Below are positions 56,954 to 64,000 of a DNA stretch of 64,000 nt, one piece after another. This DNA comes from an uncultured Bacillota bacterium. GTDB taxonomy: Bacteria; Bacillota_I; Bacilli_A; RFN20; CAG-449. Under the pieces are notes generated by a model, which was not told the origin of the DNA, did not search any database, and saw only the letters and a list, made by a program, of their open reading frames with translations. Each line of letters opens with the position of its first letter. The stretch's first letter is position 1. The translations under genes were made by a program, and so were the position numbers. The stretch covers positions 30,328 to 94,327 of the forward strand of contig CABUOQ010000002.1 of NCBI GenBank assembly GCA_902493275.1. The letters run 5' to 3'.

Positions 56954-57364
56954 TTACTCTCCTTTCTTAATAATTTTACAGTGGATTGGAAGTTTGTAAG
57001 CTGCTAAGCGAAGAGCTTCACGAGCGGTTTCTTCAGGAACTCCACCGATTTCAAACATACAACGACCAGCTTTTACAACTGCTACCCATTGATCTGGTGA
57101 ACCTTTACCAGAACCCATACGAACTTGCGCTGGTTTCTTAGTTTTTGAATGTGATGGATAGATTCTAATCCATACTTGACCTTGTCTATTTGTATATCTT
57201 GATAGAACGATACGTGCTGCTTCAATTTGACGAGCAGTAATGTATTCACCTTCTAAAGCTTGAAGTCCAAACTCACCAAATGATACTTCATTACCAGCTT
57301 TGGATTTGCCTTCATAACTCAATCCATGAGGTCTTCTATATTTAACTCTTTTTGGTTGTAACAT
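56954..57364 (-). CDS. rplP: 50S ribosomal protein L16.
   Basis: [34 protein letters not shown]. Confidence 0.92.
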   Translation of the reverse strand: MLQPKRVKYRRPHGLSYEGKSKAGNEVSFGEFGLQALEGEYITARQIEAARIVLSRYTNRQGQVWIRIYPSHSKTKKPAQVRMGSGKGSPDQWVAVVKAGRCMFEIGGVPEETAREALRLAAYKLPIHCKIIKKGE

Positions 57365-57367
57365 AGA

Positions 57368-58039
57368 TTATTCTCCTTTCGCTTCGTCATCAGCTGCTGG
57401 TTTCTTACGTAAATCAACTTTACCTTTTGAAATCCAAACTTTGCAGCCTAATCTACCATAAGTAGTAGCAGCTTCTGCGCAAGCATAGTCAACATCTTGA
57501 CGTAATGTATGTAAAGAGACAACGCCTTCTTTATATCCTTCACTACGAGCGATATCAGCTCCGCCTAAACGACCAGAAACCATAGTTTTACAACCAGCAG
57601 CTCCAGCTTTGAGAACTTTTCTGATTGCCATTTTTTGAACACTTCTAAATGAAGCACGCTCCTCAAGAGCTTTTGCCATATCTTGAGCAACAATATTTGC
57701 ATCAAGATCTGGATTTTTAACTTCGATAACAGATAAATTTACATCTTTACCTGTAACTAATTTATTGACTTCTGTCTTTAAATCTTTAATTTTCTTAGCT
57801 TCTTGACCCAAAACCATGCCAGGACGAGCTGTAAATATTGAAACATTGATTTTTCCTTTGATTCTTTCAATTTCAATATGTGAAACTAAGCAATCTTTTA
57901 ATTTTTTTGTTAAGAAATTTCTAATTTCTAAATCTTCATGTAAGAAAGTTGAAAAATCTTTATTATTAGCATACCATCTGGAATTCCAATCGCGGCTAAT
58001 GCCAATTCTTAATCCTACTGGATTTACTTTTTGACCCAT
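57368..58039 (-). CDS. rpsC: 30S ribosomal protein S3.
   Basis: MGQKVNPVGLRIGISRDWNSRWYA. Confidence 0.92.
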   Translation of the reverse strand: MGQKVNPVGLRIGISRDWNSRWYANNKDFSTFLHEDLEIRNFLTKKLKDCLVSHIEIERIKGKINVSIFTARPGMVLGQEAKKIKDLKTEVNKLVTGKDVNLSVIEVKNPDLDANIVAQDMAKALEERASFRSVQKMAIRKVLKAGAAGCKTMVSGRLGGADIARSEGYKEGVVSLHTLRQDVDYACAEAATTYGRLGCKVWISKGKVDLRKKPAADDEAKGE

Positions 58040-58053
58040 GATTTTCCCCCTCC

Positions 58054-58386
58054 TTATCTTTCTTTAACTACACATGTAATATGTGAAGTTCTCTTTAAAA
58101 TTGATGATGCAGATCCTTTTGCCCTAGGTAAATATCTTTTTAGACGTGGACCATCACAAGCGTAGATTTCTGCAATGTATAATTTTGATTCGTCCATTTT
58201 ATTGTTATTCACAGCGTTTGCTGCTGCTGATTTAACTAACTTTGTAACTTCAGTAACACCGCTTCTATTCATGTTTGCAAGAAGTCCTAATGCTACAGAA
58301 ACATTTTTACCTCTAACAACATCGATAACTAAACGGACTTTTCTAGGAGTAATTCTAACTCCGGTTACTTTTGCTTTTGCTTCCAT
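58054..58386 (-). CDS. rplV: 50S ribosomal protein L22.
   Basis: MEAKAKVTGVRITPRKVRLVIDVVRGK. Confidence 0.9.
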   Translation of the reverse strand: MEAKAKVTGVRITPRKVRLVIDVVRGKNVSVALGLLANMNRSGVTEVTKLVKSAAANAVNNNKMDESKLYIAEIYACDGPRLKRYLPRAKGSASSILKRTSHITCVVKER

Positions 58387-58397
58387 TGTTTTATCTC

Positions 58398-58688
58398 CTA
58401 TTTTCTAGCTGCTGCTTTATCTTCAGCATTATTTCCGCTATGTCCTTTGAAGGTTCTTGTTGGAGCAAATTCACCTAATTTATGTCCGACCATATCTTGG
58501 GTTACATAAACAGTAATGAATTCATGTCCATTGTAAACTGCAAAGGAGTGTTCAACGAATGATGGGAAGATAGTTGATCTTCTTGACCATGTTTTAATAA
58601 GTTCATGTTTACCACTAGCATTGAGGGCTTCTACTTTTTTCAATAAATGCTCATCTGCAAATGGTCCTTTTTTAATACTACGTGCCAT
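58398..58688 (-). CDS. rpsS: 30S ribosomal protein S19.
   Basis: [19 protein letters not shown]...WSRRSTI. Confidence 0.92.
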   Translation of the reverse strand: MARSIKKGPFADEHLLKKVEALNASGKHELIKTWSRRSTIFPSFVEHSFAVYNGHEFITVYVTQDMVGHKLGEFAPTRTFKGHSGNNAEDKAAARK

Positions 58689-58703
58689 TATTCATTCTCC
58701 TTT

Positions 58704-59537
58704 CTATTTACCATTACGTCTTCTGACGATTAATTTATTACTTGCTTTTTTGGTATCTCTAGTCTTAACACCAAGAGCACGTTTTCCCCAAGGGGTTCTA
58801 GGTGCATCTCTACCAACTGGACACTTACCTTCTCCACCACCATGTGGGTGATCATTAGGGTTCATTGCTGAACCACGGACAGTTGGACGAACACCATACC
58901 ATCTTGATTTACCAGCTTTACCGAAATTGATTAAGTTCCAGTCTTCATTTCCGACAACACCAATTGTTGCACGGCATTTACTTAAAACTTTTCTAACTTC
59001 TCCAGATGCTAAACGAAGAATAGTATATTTTCCTTCTTTACCTAATACTTGAGCTGAAGTACCAGCTGCACGGCACATTTGTCCACCTTTTTCAGGTGTT
59101 AATTCAACATTATGAATTAATGTACCTTCAGGAATATTTGCTAATTGCATTGCATTACCAACTTTGATATCGCAAGCATTTCCAGAAACAACTTTATCTC
59201 CAACTTTAATTCCTTGTGGAGCGATGATATATCTTTTTTCACCATCTTTATAATTCAACAAGCAAATATTCGCATTTCTGTTTGGATCATATTCGATTGT
59301 TGCAACAGTTGCTTCGATATCATCTTTATTTCTTCTGAAATCGATGATTCTGTATTTTCTTTTATGTCCACCTCCGATATGGCGAGTAGTGATGCAACCC
59401 ATATTATTGCGACCACCTGTTTTCTTAATAGAAACTAACAAGCTTTTCTCAGGAGTAGATGTTGTAATTTCACCAAATGTTGAATTGGTCATATTACGAC
59501 GACTTGGTGTCGTTGGTTTATAACTTCTTATTGGCAT
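58704..59537 (-). CDS. rplB: 50S ribosomal protein L2.
   Basis: [14 protein letters not shown]...[13 protein letters not shown]. Confidence 0.92.
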   Translation of the reverse strand: MPIRSYKPTTPSRRNMTNSTFGEITTSTPEKSLLVSIKKTGGRNNMGCITTRHIGGGHKRKYRIIDFRRNKDDIEATVATIEYDPNRNANICLLNYKDGEKRYIIAPQGIKVGDKVVSGNACDIKVGNAMQLANIPEGTLIHNVELTPEKGGQMCRAAGTSAQVLGKEGKYTILRLASGEVRKVLSKCRATIGVVGNEDWNLINFGKAGKSRWYGVRPTVRGSAMNPNDHPHGGGEGKCPVGRDAPRTPWGKRALGVKTRDTKKASNKLIVRRRNGK

Positions 59538-59574
59538 ATTTTTCTCCTATATTTATCCTATAATATATACTTTA

Positions 59575-59931
59575 TTATTCAGCGGCATCTTGAGCAGCTG
59601 CTAAATCAAGTTTTTCATCAGGAGATAAAGTAACGATAGCTTTCTTATAGCCAGATACTTTTCCTTGATAACGTCCGACTCTTTTATCTTTTGCACGGAC
59701 ATTGATGATTGAAACGTTAACAACCTTTACATTGAAGATTGATTCGAATGCAATCTTAACTTCTGTTTTATTTGCTTTAGGCGCAACTTTAATAGTGACC
59801 TTGTTTTGTTCTTGTTGAAGTTTCATTGACTTTTCAGTAACAACTGGAGCAATGATAACATCTAAAGCTTTGAGTGATGGAGCAGCAAATTTCTTTTCTC
59901 CACTTACTGTGACTTCATTTGTCTTTGCCAT
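59575..59931 (-). CDS. rplW: 50S ribosomal protein L23 (with about 20-aa N-terminal and short C-terminal extensions).
   Basis: Conserved LDVIIAPVVTEKS core. The ATG at 59931 has a GGAGG RBS and no later plausible start. Confidence 0.88.
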   Translation of the reverse strand: MAKTNEVTVSGEKKFAAPSLKALDVIIAPVVTEKSMKLQQEQNKVTIKVAPKANKTEVKIAFESIFNVKVVNVSIINVRAKDKRVGRYQGKVSGYKKAIVTLSPDEKLDLAAAQDAAE

Positions 59932-59947
59932 TATTTAAGTCCTCCTT

Positions 59948-60589
59948 CTACTTTACGCATTTTAACGCATTTGTTAATGCTTCAAGTGCAACTGGTGTAG
60001 AAACAACATTTGCACTATTTAGCAAGTCATATACGCAAACATTATTAGTTAATACTACGATAACATTTGGAATATTTCTTGCAGCTCTTTCAGTAACGCT
60101 ATCCTCTTTATCTAATATTACTAAGGTTTTTCCTTGTAATTTTAATGCAGTCATCATGCCAATAAAATCTTTTGTTTTTTCGGCACTTATCTCATCTACA
60201 ACAAAGATAGAATTTTCTTTAGCTTTGATACTTAATGCAGATCTTACAGCTAAATTGTGAGCTTTTTTATTCATTGATAATTTGTAGTTTTGTGTTCCAA
60301 CTGGTCCAAAGACAGTTCCACCACCAACCCAGATAGGTGAGCGATTAGAACCAGCTCTAGCTCTACCAGTTCCTTTTTGTCTCCATGGTTTTTTACCACC
60401 ACCGCGGACTTCTGCTCTTGTCTTTGTCTTAGCAGTTGCTTGTCTCATATTTGATTGATAAACTTGGACAGCATCGAACATAACTTGTTTGTTAGGTTCA
60501 ATAGCGAATACATCACCATCTAAATTAACTTTCTTTTCAGTATCTAAACCATCACGGTTAAGTACTGATACGCTAATTTCATTTGCCAT
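59948..60589 (-). CDS. rplD: 50S ribosomal protein L4.
   Basis: Position in the S10 operon, and the GGGKKPWRQKGTGRARAGS block. Confidence 0.9.
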   Translation of the reverse strand: MANEISVSVLNRDGLDTEKKVNLDGDVFAIEPNKQVMFDAVQVYQSNMRQATAKTKTRAEVRGGGKKPWRQKGTGRARAGSNRSPIWVGGGTVFGPVGTQNYKLSMNKKAHNLAVRSALSIKAKENSIFVVDEISAEKTKDFIGMMTALKLQGKTLVILDKEDSVTERAARNIPNVIVVLTNNVCVYDLLNSANVVSTPVALEALTNALKCVK

Positions 60590-60611
60590 ATTCTATTCTC
60601 CTTCCCAAGTA

Positions 60612-61337
60612 CTATTCAGCTTTAGGAGCGCTGTAATCAACTAACTCTTTAACATTAGTTTTTACTTCTGAACCTTTGACAGCCGTTTTTAATACAACTA
60701 TTGATTTCTTTGGTCCAGGAACAGCTCCTTTAACTAAGATTGCGTTTTTAGTTGCATCTACTGCAACAATTGTTAAATTTTGAATTGTAACTCTTTCATT
60801 ACCTTCATGACCAGCAGACTTCTTACCAGGATGAACTCTGTTATTAGTTCTACCATTTGTAGCAAATGATCCAGATCCTCTATGATATCCAGAACCATGT
60901 CCTTTAGGTCCAATCTTGTATCCGTATCTTTGTACAGCTCCAAGGAATCCGCGTCCTTTGCTTGTACCTATTACATCGACAACATCACCTGCAGCAAAGA
61001 TATCAACTTTGATTTCATCACCAACTTTATAAGCAATTTCGTCATTATGAATTTCTTTTACTTCATATTTAGGTGTGCAAATTTCTTCTTTAGAAACGAC
61101 TTCTTTAGTTTCAGGATTAATTTCTTTCTTATAGAATTGTCCTAATTCTGCTTTGTTACAACGTGAAGCTTTCTTATCTTCATATCCAACCTTAATTGCG
61201 TTATAACCATCAGTTTCCATTGTCTTTACTTGAAGCACAACATTTGGTAAGACTTCGACGACAGTAACAGGATACATTGTTCCATCTTTGGCGAAGACTT
61301 GAGTCATACCCATTTTTCTTCCTACGATTGATTTCAT
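60612..61337 (-). CDS. rplC: 50S ribosomal protein L3.
   Basis: MKSIVGRKMGMTQVF... Confidence 0.92.
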   Translation of the reverse strand: MKSIVGRKMGMTQVFAKDGTMYPVTVVEVLPNVVLQVKTMETDGYNAIKVGYEDKKASRCNKAELGQFYKKEINPETKEVVSKEEICTPKYEVKEIHNDEIAYKVGDEIKVDIFAAGDVVDVIGTSKGRGFLGAVQRYGYKIGPKGHGSGYHRGSGSFATNGRTNNRVHPGKKSAGHEGNERVTIQNLTIVAVDATKNAILVKGAVPGPKKSIVVLKTAVKGSEVKTNVKELVDYSAPKAE

Positions 61338-61353
61338 AGTATTCTGCTCCTTC

Positions 61354-61662
61354 CTACAACTTTATTTCGATATCAACACCACTTGGTAAATCTAAGTGAG
61401 TTAAGGTATCGATTGTTTGTTTATTTGGATTAACGATATCGATTAATCTCTTATGAGTTCTAATCTCGAATTGTTCACGAGCATCTTTATATTTGTGAAC
61501 CGCTCTTAAAATTGTGTAGACTTGTTTCTCGGTTGGTAGAGGTATTGGGCCTACAACTGATGCTCCAGAATTCTTTGCAGCTGAGATAATTTTCTCGACA
61601 GAGACATCAAGAATACGATAATCATAAGCTTTCAAGCGAATTCTGATTTTTTTACTTGCCAT
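61354..61662 (-). CDS. rpsJ: 30S ribosomal protein S10.
   Basis: The track ORF starts at a GTG at 61701. The conserved S10 start [14 protein letters not shown] is the ATG at 61660-61662 with an AAGGAGG RBS, so the start is set to 61662. Confidence 0.92.
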   Translation of the reverse strand: MASKKIRIRLKAYDYRILDVSVEKIISAAKNSGASVVGPIPLPTEKQVYTILRAVHKYKDAREQFEIRTHKRLIDIVNPNKQTIDTLTHLDLPSGVDIEIKL

Positions 61663-61702
61663 ATTTTTTCCTCCTTGTCTAAATCTGGCTAGACTTTCCA
61701 CT

Positions 61703-62018
61703 CGATGTAAGTGACCTAATTTTTAGAACCTATTGACAACAGGTATCTGTGTTTAGCAATCTTACATGTCAACGTGGTGACTTTTAAAGCGTCAACCTCT
61801 AAAAAGATACTATATAAATAAAATCATGTCAATCATTTTTTTATTTTTTTTTCATTTATATATTTATATATATTATGTTCGCGTGCGCGTGCGTAAAATT
61901 GACAACTTGTACCCGCGTTTCATAACGATAGTTTTCTTGTATTTAAAATTTAATTAACTTGATAAGAATAGCTAAAAATATTAATATATTATTGATTATA
62001 AATAAGGACTTCTAAAAA
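61703..62018. promoter_or_regulatory. Divergent control region between the S10 operon (minus) and the ApbE-like gene (plus). It contains at least five TTGACA-type hexamers and a GC-rich alternating purine-pyrimidine island.
   Basis: TTGACA lies on plus at 61733-61738 and 61899-61904, and on minus at 61767-61773, 61791-61796 and 61827-61832. cgcgtgcgcgtgcgta (61880-61895) is a 16-nt perfect Py-Pu alternation inside otherwise AT-rich DNA. No clean -10 could be assigned. Confidence 0.3.
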
Positions 62019-63446
62019 ATGAAAAAAAGCAGAATTATAAAATATATTTTTCCATTGATAATAGTCACTGGAATTGTTGCTTGTAATAACGAAGGAACAT
62101 CCAGCTCTTTAAATGGCAATCGTTATGCTGATTATATTGAAAATGCATATTGCAGAACTATCGTTAATGATATTGCTGACTCAGATAAATATGTTAATGT
62201 TGGTAATATGAAACAAATTAGAACTGCATTAAAGAATAATGACGGTACTTTTGAAGATGGTGATAACGTAGATGCTTTTGATACCAATTTAATATTCTCT
62301 AGATACGCTACAAAAGATTTGCTAACTGGTCGTGATATAATGGATATAGAAGAAATAATTGGACCATATACTTATAAAACACATCGACTATTTGATCGCC
62401 ATAACTATTATTACAATGAGAAAAAAGATGGAGTAATTAACAATTTGCGCATTATTAATGAGAATTATGGCGGCGATTTTATAGAAATCGATGAGGAATT
62501 ATATAATGTTTTGCAAGATGCTTTGAATATAACAATCGAAAGCAAAGGAAAATTTAACATTTTTGTTGGTGAATTATCCGACTTTTGGAATAAATATATT
62601 AATTCAATTAATATTGGGAAAAATCCTGAAGACACTGTTGACCCTGCACAAACTAACGAAGGAAAATTAATGGTAGAACAACTACTTTTAAATACTCCTC
62701 AATATGAAGATGCCGAAAAATGCTTAGAGTTAAAAAAAGAAAACAATAAATTCTTTGTTCGCTTCAATAAATTCATGAATAAAGAAGGCACGTATGCAGA
62801 TAAGGTCTCTTTATCATTAGGTGGAATAGGAAAAGGATATTTAACAGAAAATCTCTATCAACAATTTAAGAAAGCAAATAAAACCAATGGCAACGTATAT
62901 GCTGGTTCATCTTCAATTGTTCTTATGGGACCATCTGCATATTCTAGCCCTTGGAGAATCCAAATTTCTAATCCAATAAATTACTATGCGACACCACTTG
63001 GAATTGTTAGTTTAAATGATAAATACTCTATTTCAACTTCTGGTTCTCAAGTTAATTCTTATACAACTTTAGTTGATGGAAAATATGTAAATCGTCAACA
63101 TATAATTGATGCAACATCAGGTTATCCAAGTGATAACTACTCCATGGTCACTATTTTTTCAAAAAAACTATCTTCAACTTTAATGGATACTCTATCCACA
63201 ATATTAATAAATTGCGATGAAAATGAAATTAAAGAAACAATTGAATATTTTAGGACAAAATACAATGCTGACTTAGATTTTATTTTGAGTAAAAAATCTT
63301 TATATACTGGTTCTAACTCAGACTATACTGTCGATGTATATTTAAGTAAAAATATGAGCGATCCTCAGGTTTTTGAAAAAACAGAAGAATTAGGAGATGG
63401 TGGCATCTATTCACCTTATATAAACTATCATTCTTTGGATTATTAA
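62019..63446 (+). CDS. FAD:protein FMN transferase (ApbE-family) lipoprotein, with insertions relative to the canonical roughly 340-aa form.
   Basis: Lipobox IVTGIVAC. ApbE-type motif SLSLGGIGKGYLTENL (compare the canonical DLGGIAKGYA-type motif). 475 aa. Confidence 0.55.
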   Translation: MKKSRIIKYIFPLIIVTGIVACNNEGTSSSLNGNRYADYIENAYCRTIVNDIADSDKYVNVGNMKQIRTALKNNDGTFEDGDNVDAFDTNLIFSRYATKDLLTGRDIMDIEEIIGPYTYKTHRLFDRHNYYYNEKKDGVINNLRIINENYGGDFIEIDEELYNVLQDALNITIESKGKFNIFVGELSDFWNKYINSINIGKNPEDTVDPAQTNEGKLMVEQLLLNTPQYEDAEKCLELKKENNKFFVRFNKFMNKEGTYADKVSLSLGGIGKGYLTENLYQQFKKANKTNGNVYAGSSSIVLMGPSAYSSPWRIQISNPINYYATPLGIVSLNDKYSISTSGSQVNSYTTLVDGKYVNRQHIIDATSGYPSDNYSMVTIFSKKLSSTLMDTLSTILINCDENEIKETIEYFRTKYNADLDFILSKKSLYTGSNSDYTVDVYLSKNMSDPQVFEKTEELGDGGIYSPYINYHSLDY

Positions 63447-63448
63447 AA

Positions 63449-63952
63449 ATGAACAACAAAAAAGTACACTTTAAACTTAACTGGACACTATTCGATATAA
63501 TAGCTATTAGTATCACTTTAGTGATAGCTATTGTTTTAAGTATTTTTGTTTTCTTTTTGCCTAGTCAAAACGTTGTTGGTGATGATAAATCAGCTAAAGT
63601 GATGGTTTATTATGATAGCGCTATTGTTGCCAGTGAAAATCTCATTCCCGATGCATCTAAAAACGAATCTGACCCTCGATATATTATCATGTTTCCGGGA
63701 GAAAAAAATGATAGATACGATAAGGATTATCCTCAAAACACAAAAATAGAAAACCTTGATAAATTGCTTGGTGATTTAATTATAGAAATAAACAATAAAT
63801 CCATTCAAATAGTAAAAGAAACATCACCTAATCATATATGTTCTAATCAAGGAAGTGTAAATGTTGTTAATAGGCCTTTAACATGTGCACCTAACTATGT
63901 AATCGTAAAAATAATTTCTAATAAAGAAGAACCACCGGATATTATTTTATGA
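63449..63952 (+). CDS. Small membrane-anchored protein (N-terminal TM, extracytoplasmic domain with two Cys), unknown function, co-operonic with the ApbE-like gene.
   Basis: It is 2 nt downstream of the ApbE-like stop, has a TM helix (IIAISITLVIAIVLSIFVFFL), and its stop overlaps the next ATG (ATGA). Confidence 0.4.
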   Translation: MNNKKVHFKLNWTLFDIIAISITLVIAIVLSIFVFFLPSQNVVGDDKSAKVMVYYDSAIVASENLIPDASKNESDPRYIIMFPGEKNDRYDKDYPQNTKIENLDKLLGDLIIEINNKSIQIVKETSPNHICSNQGSVNVVNRPLTCAPNYVIVKIISNKEEPPDIIL

Positions 63953-64000
63953 AAAATACAATGATTAAGCGCATCTCTGCTCTTGCTATGTTTTTAGCTC
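63949..64000 (+). CDS. 5' end of a further ORF (MKNTMIKRISALAMFLA...), probably a membrane or secreted protein, truncated by the window.
   Basis: ATG at 63949-63951 overlaps the upstream stop. A hydrophobic N-terminus follows. Confidence 0.3.
   Translation, partial: MKNTMIKRISALAMFLA

Noticed and set aside
61801-61832. Minus-strand TTGACA(14 nt)TAGTAT or TTGACA(17 nt)TATCTT as the S10 operon promoter.
   Set aside because: The spacing and -10 quality are poor for either reading. It is left as part of an unresolved multi-hexamer region rather than called as a specific promoter.
17568-63516. Remaining short overlapping ORFs in the track. Examples: 17568-17753, 21393-21584, 24336-24524, 26996-27199, 28125-28355, 34998-35354, 35688-35894, 38041-38319, 40426-40683, 41541-41831, 42173-42547, 44459-44671, 45967-46149, 46286-46579, 47498-47701, 48925-49173, 51530-51877, 52400-52597, 53368-53556, 55199-55671, 55767-55973, 56250-56453, 57816-58034, 58175-58851, 59145-59438, 59919-60260, 60882-61145, 63313-63516.
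   Set aside because: All overlap conserved genes (mostly ribosomal proteins) on the opposite strand or in another frame. None has independent support.
1-64000. Alternative genetic code (UGA=Trp) as in Mollicutes. Considered because of the very low GC content and the Lys-rich insertions in proteins.
   Set aside because: The supplied ORFs are full-length with standard stops and include conserved genes ending at TGA-compatible positions. No conserved protein appears truncated at a TGA, so the standard code fits.
1-64000. CRISPR arrays, transposases, integrases or prophage remnants that might mark the carbohydrate region as horizontally acquired.
   Set aside because: No spaced direct-repeat arrays and no recombinase-like ORFs were seen. 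The accessory region is flanked by housekeeping genes and has no obvious mobility genes.

Overview
This is an AT-rich, low-GC Firmicutes-type chromosomal window. The genetic code is standard: ORFs are intact with TGA as stop, so no mollicute recoding. It has three parts.

(1) About 1-25.6 kb is a large accessory carbohydrate-utilisation region. It holds:
- a minus-strand operon with a FucI-like isomerase (truncated at the window edge), a PocR-AraC regulator, a GH78-type alpha-L-rhamnosidase and a Cys-rich putative glycosidase;
- three surface lipoproteins with Ser-rich tethers, two of them tandem paralogous right-handed beta-helix proteins;
- a CUT1 ABC importer (solute-binding protein plus two permeases) that lacks its own ATPase, and a divergent AraC regulator;
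- an RDD-family membrane protein and an orphan MsmX/MalK-type ATPase;
- rhaBAD rhamnose catabolism genes with a divergent AraC (RhaR/RhaS-like) regulator, and a 21-bp-phased direct-repeat operator between them.

(2) About 25.6-39.1 kb is housekeeping: a DJ-1/PfpI protein, gatCAB, pcrA, asnS and dut. Interleaved with these are uncharacterised envelope genes: a thioredoxin-like lipoprotein, a translationally coupled trio of membrane proteins, a bitopic protein, a DUF5011-like secreted protein and a polytopic membrane protein.

(3) About 39.2-61.7 kb is a Bacillus-like conserved backbone, all on the minus strand. In order of transcription it runs:
- the S10-spc-alpha ribosomal cluster, rpsJ through rplQ, including secY-adk-map-infA-rpmJ (with rpmD absent);
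- a dCMP deaminase and a small transmembrane protein, then ecfA1-ecfA2-ecfT-truA, a PHP phosphatase and a YebC-family regulator;
- rplM-rpsI and a CwlD-like amidase, then tRNA-Ile(GAT) and tRNA-Val(CAC).

At the right edge a divergent ApbE-like flavin-transferase lipoprotein gene begins a new plus-strand cluster.

No CRISPR array, transposase, integrase or prophage was seen. Coordinates I derived by hand (small RNA structures, motifs) may be off by 1-2 nt. CDS coordinates follow the supplied ORF track unless a start correction is stated.
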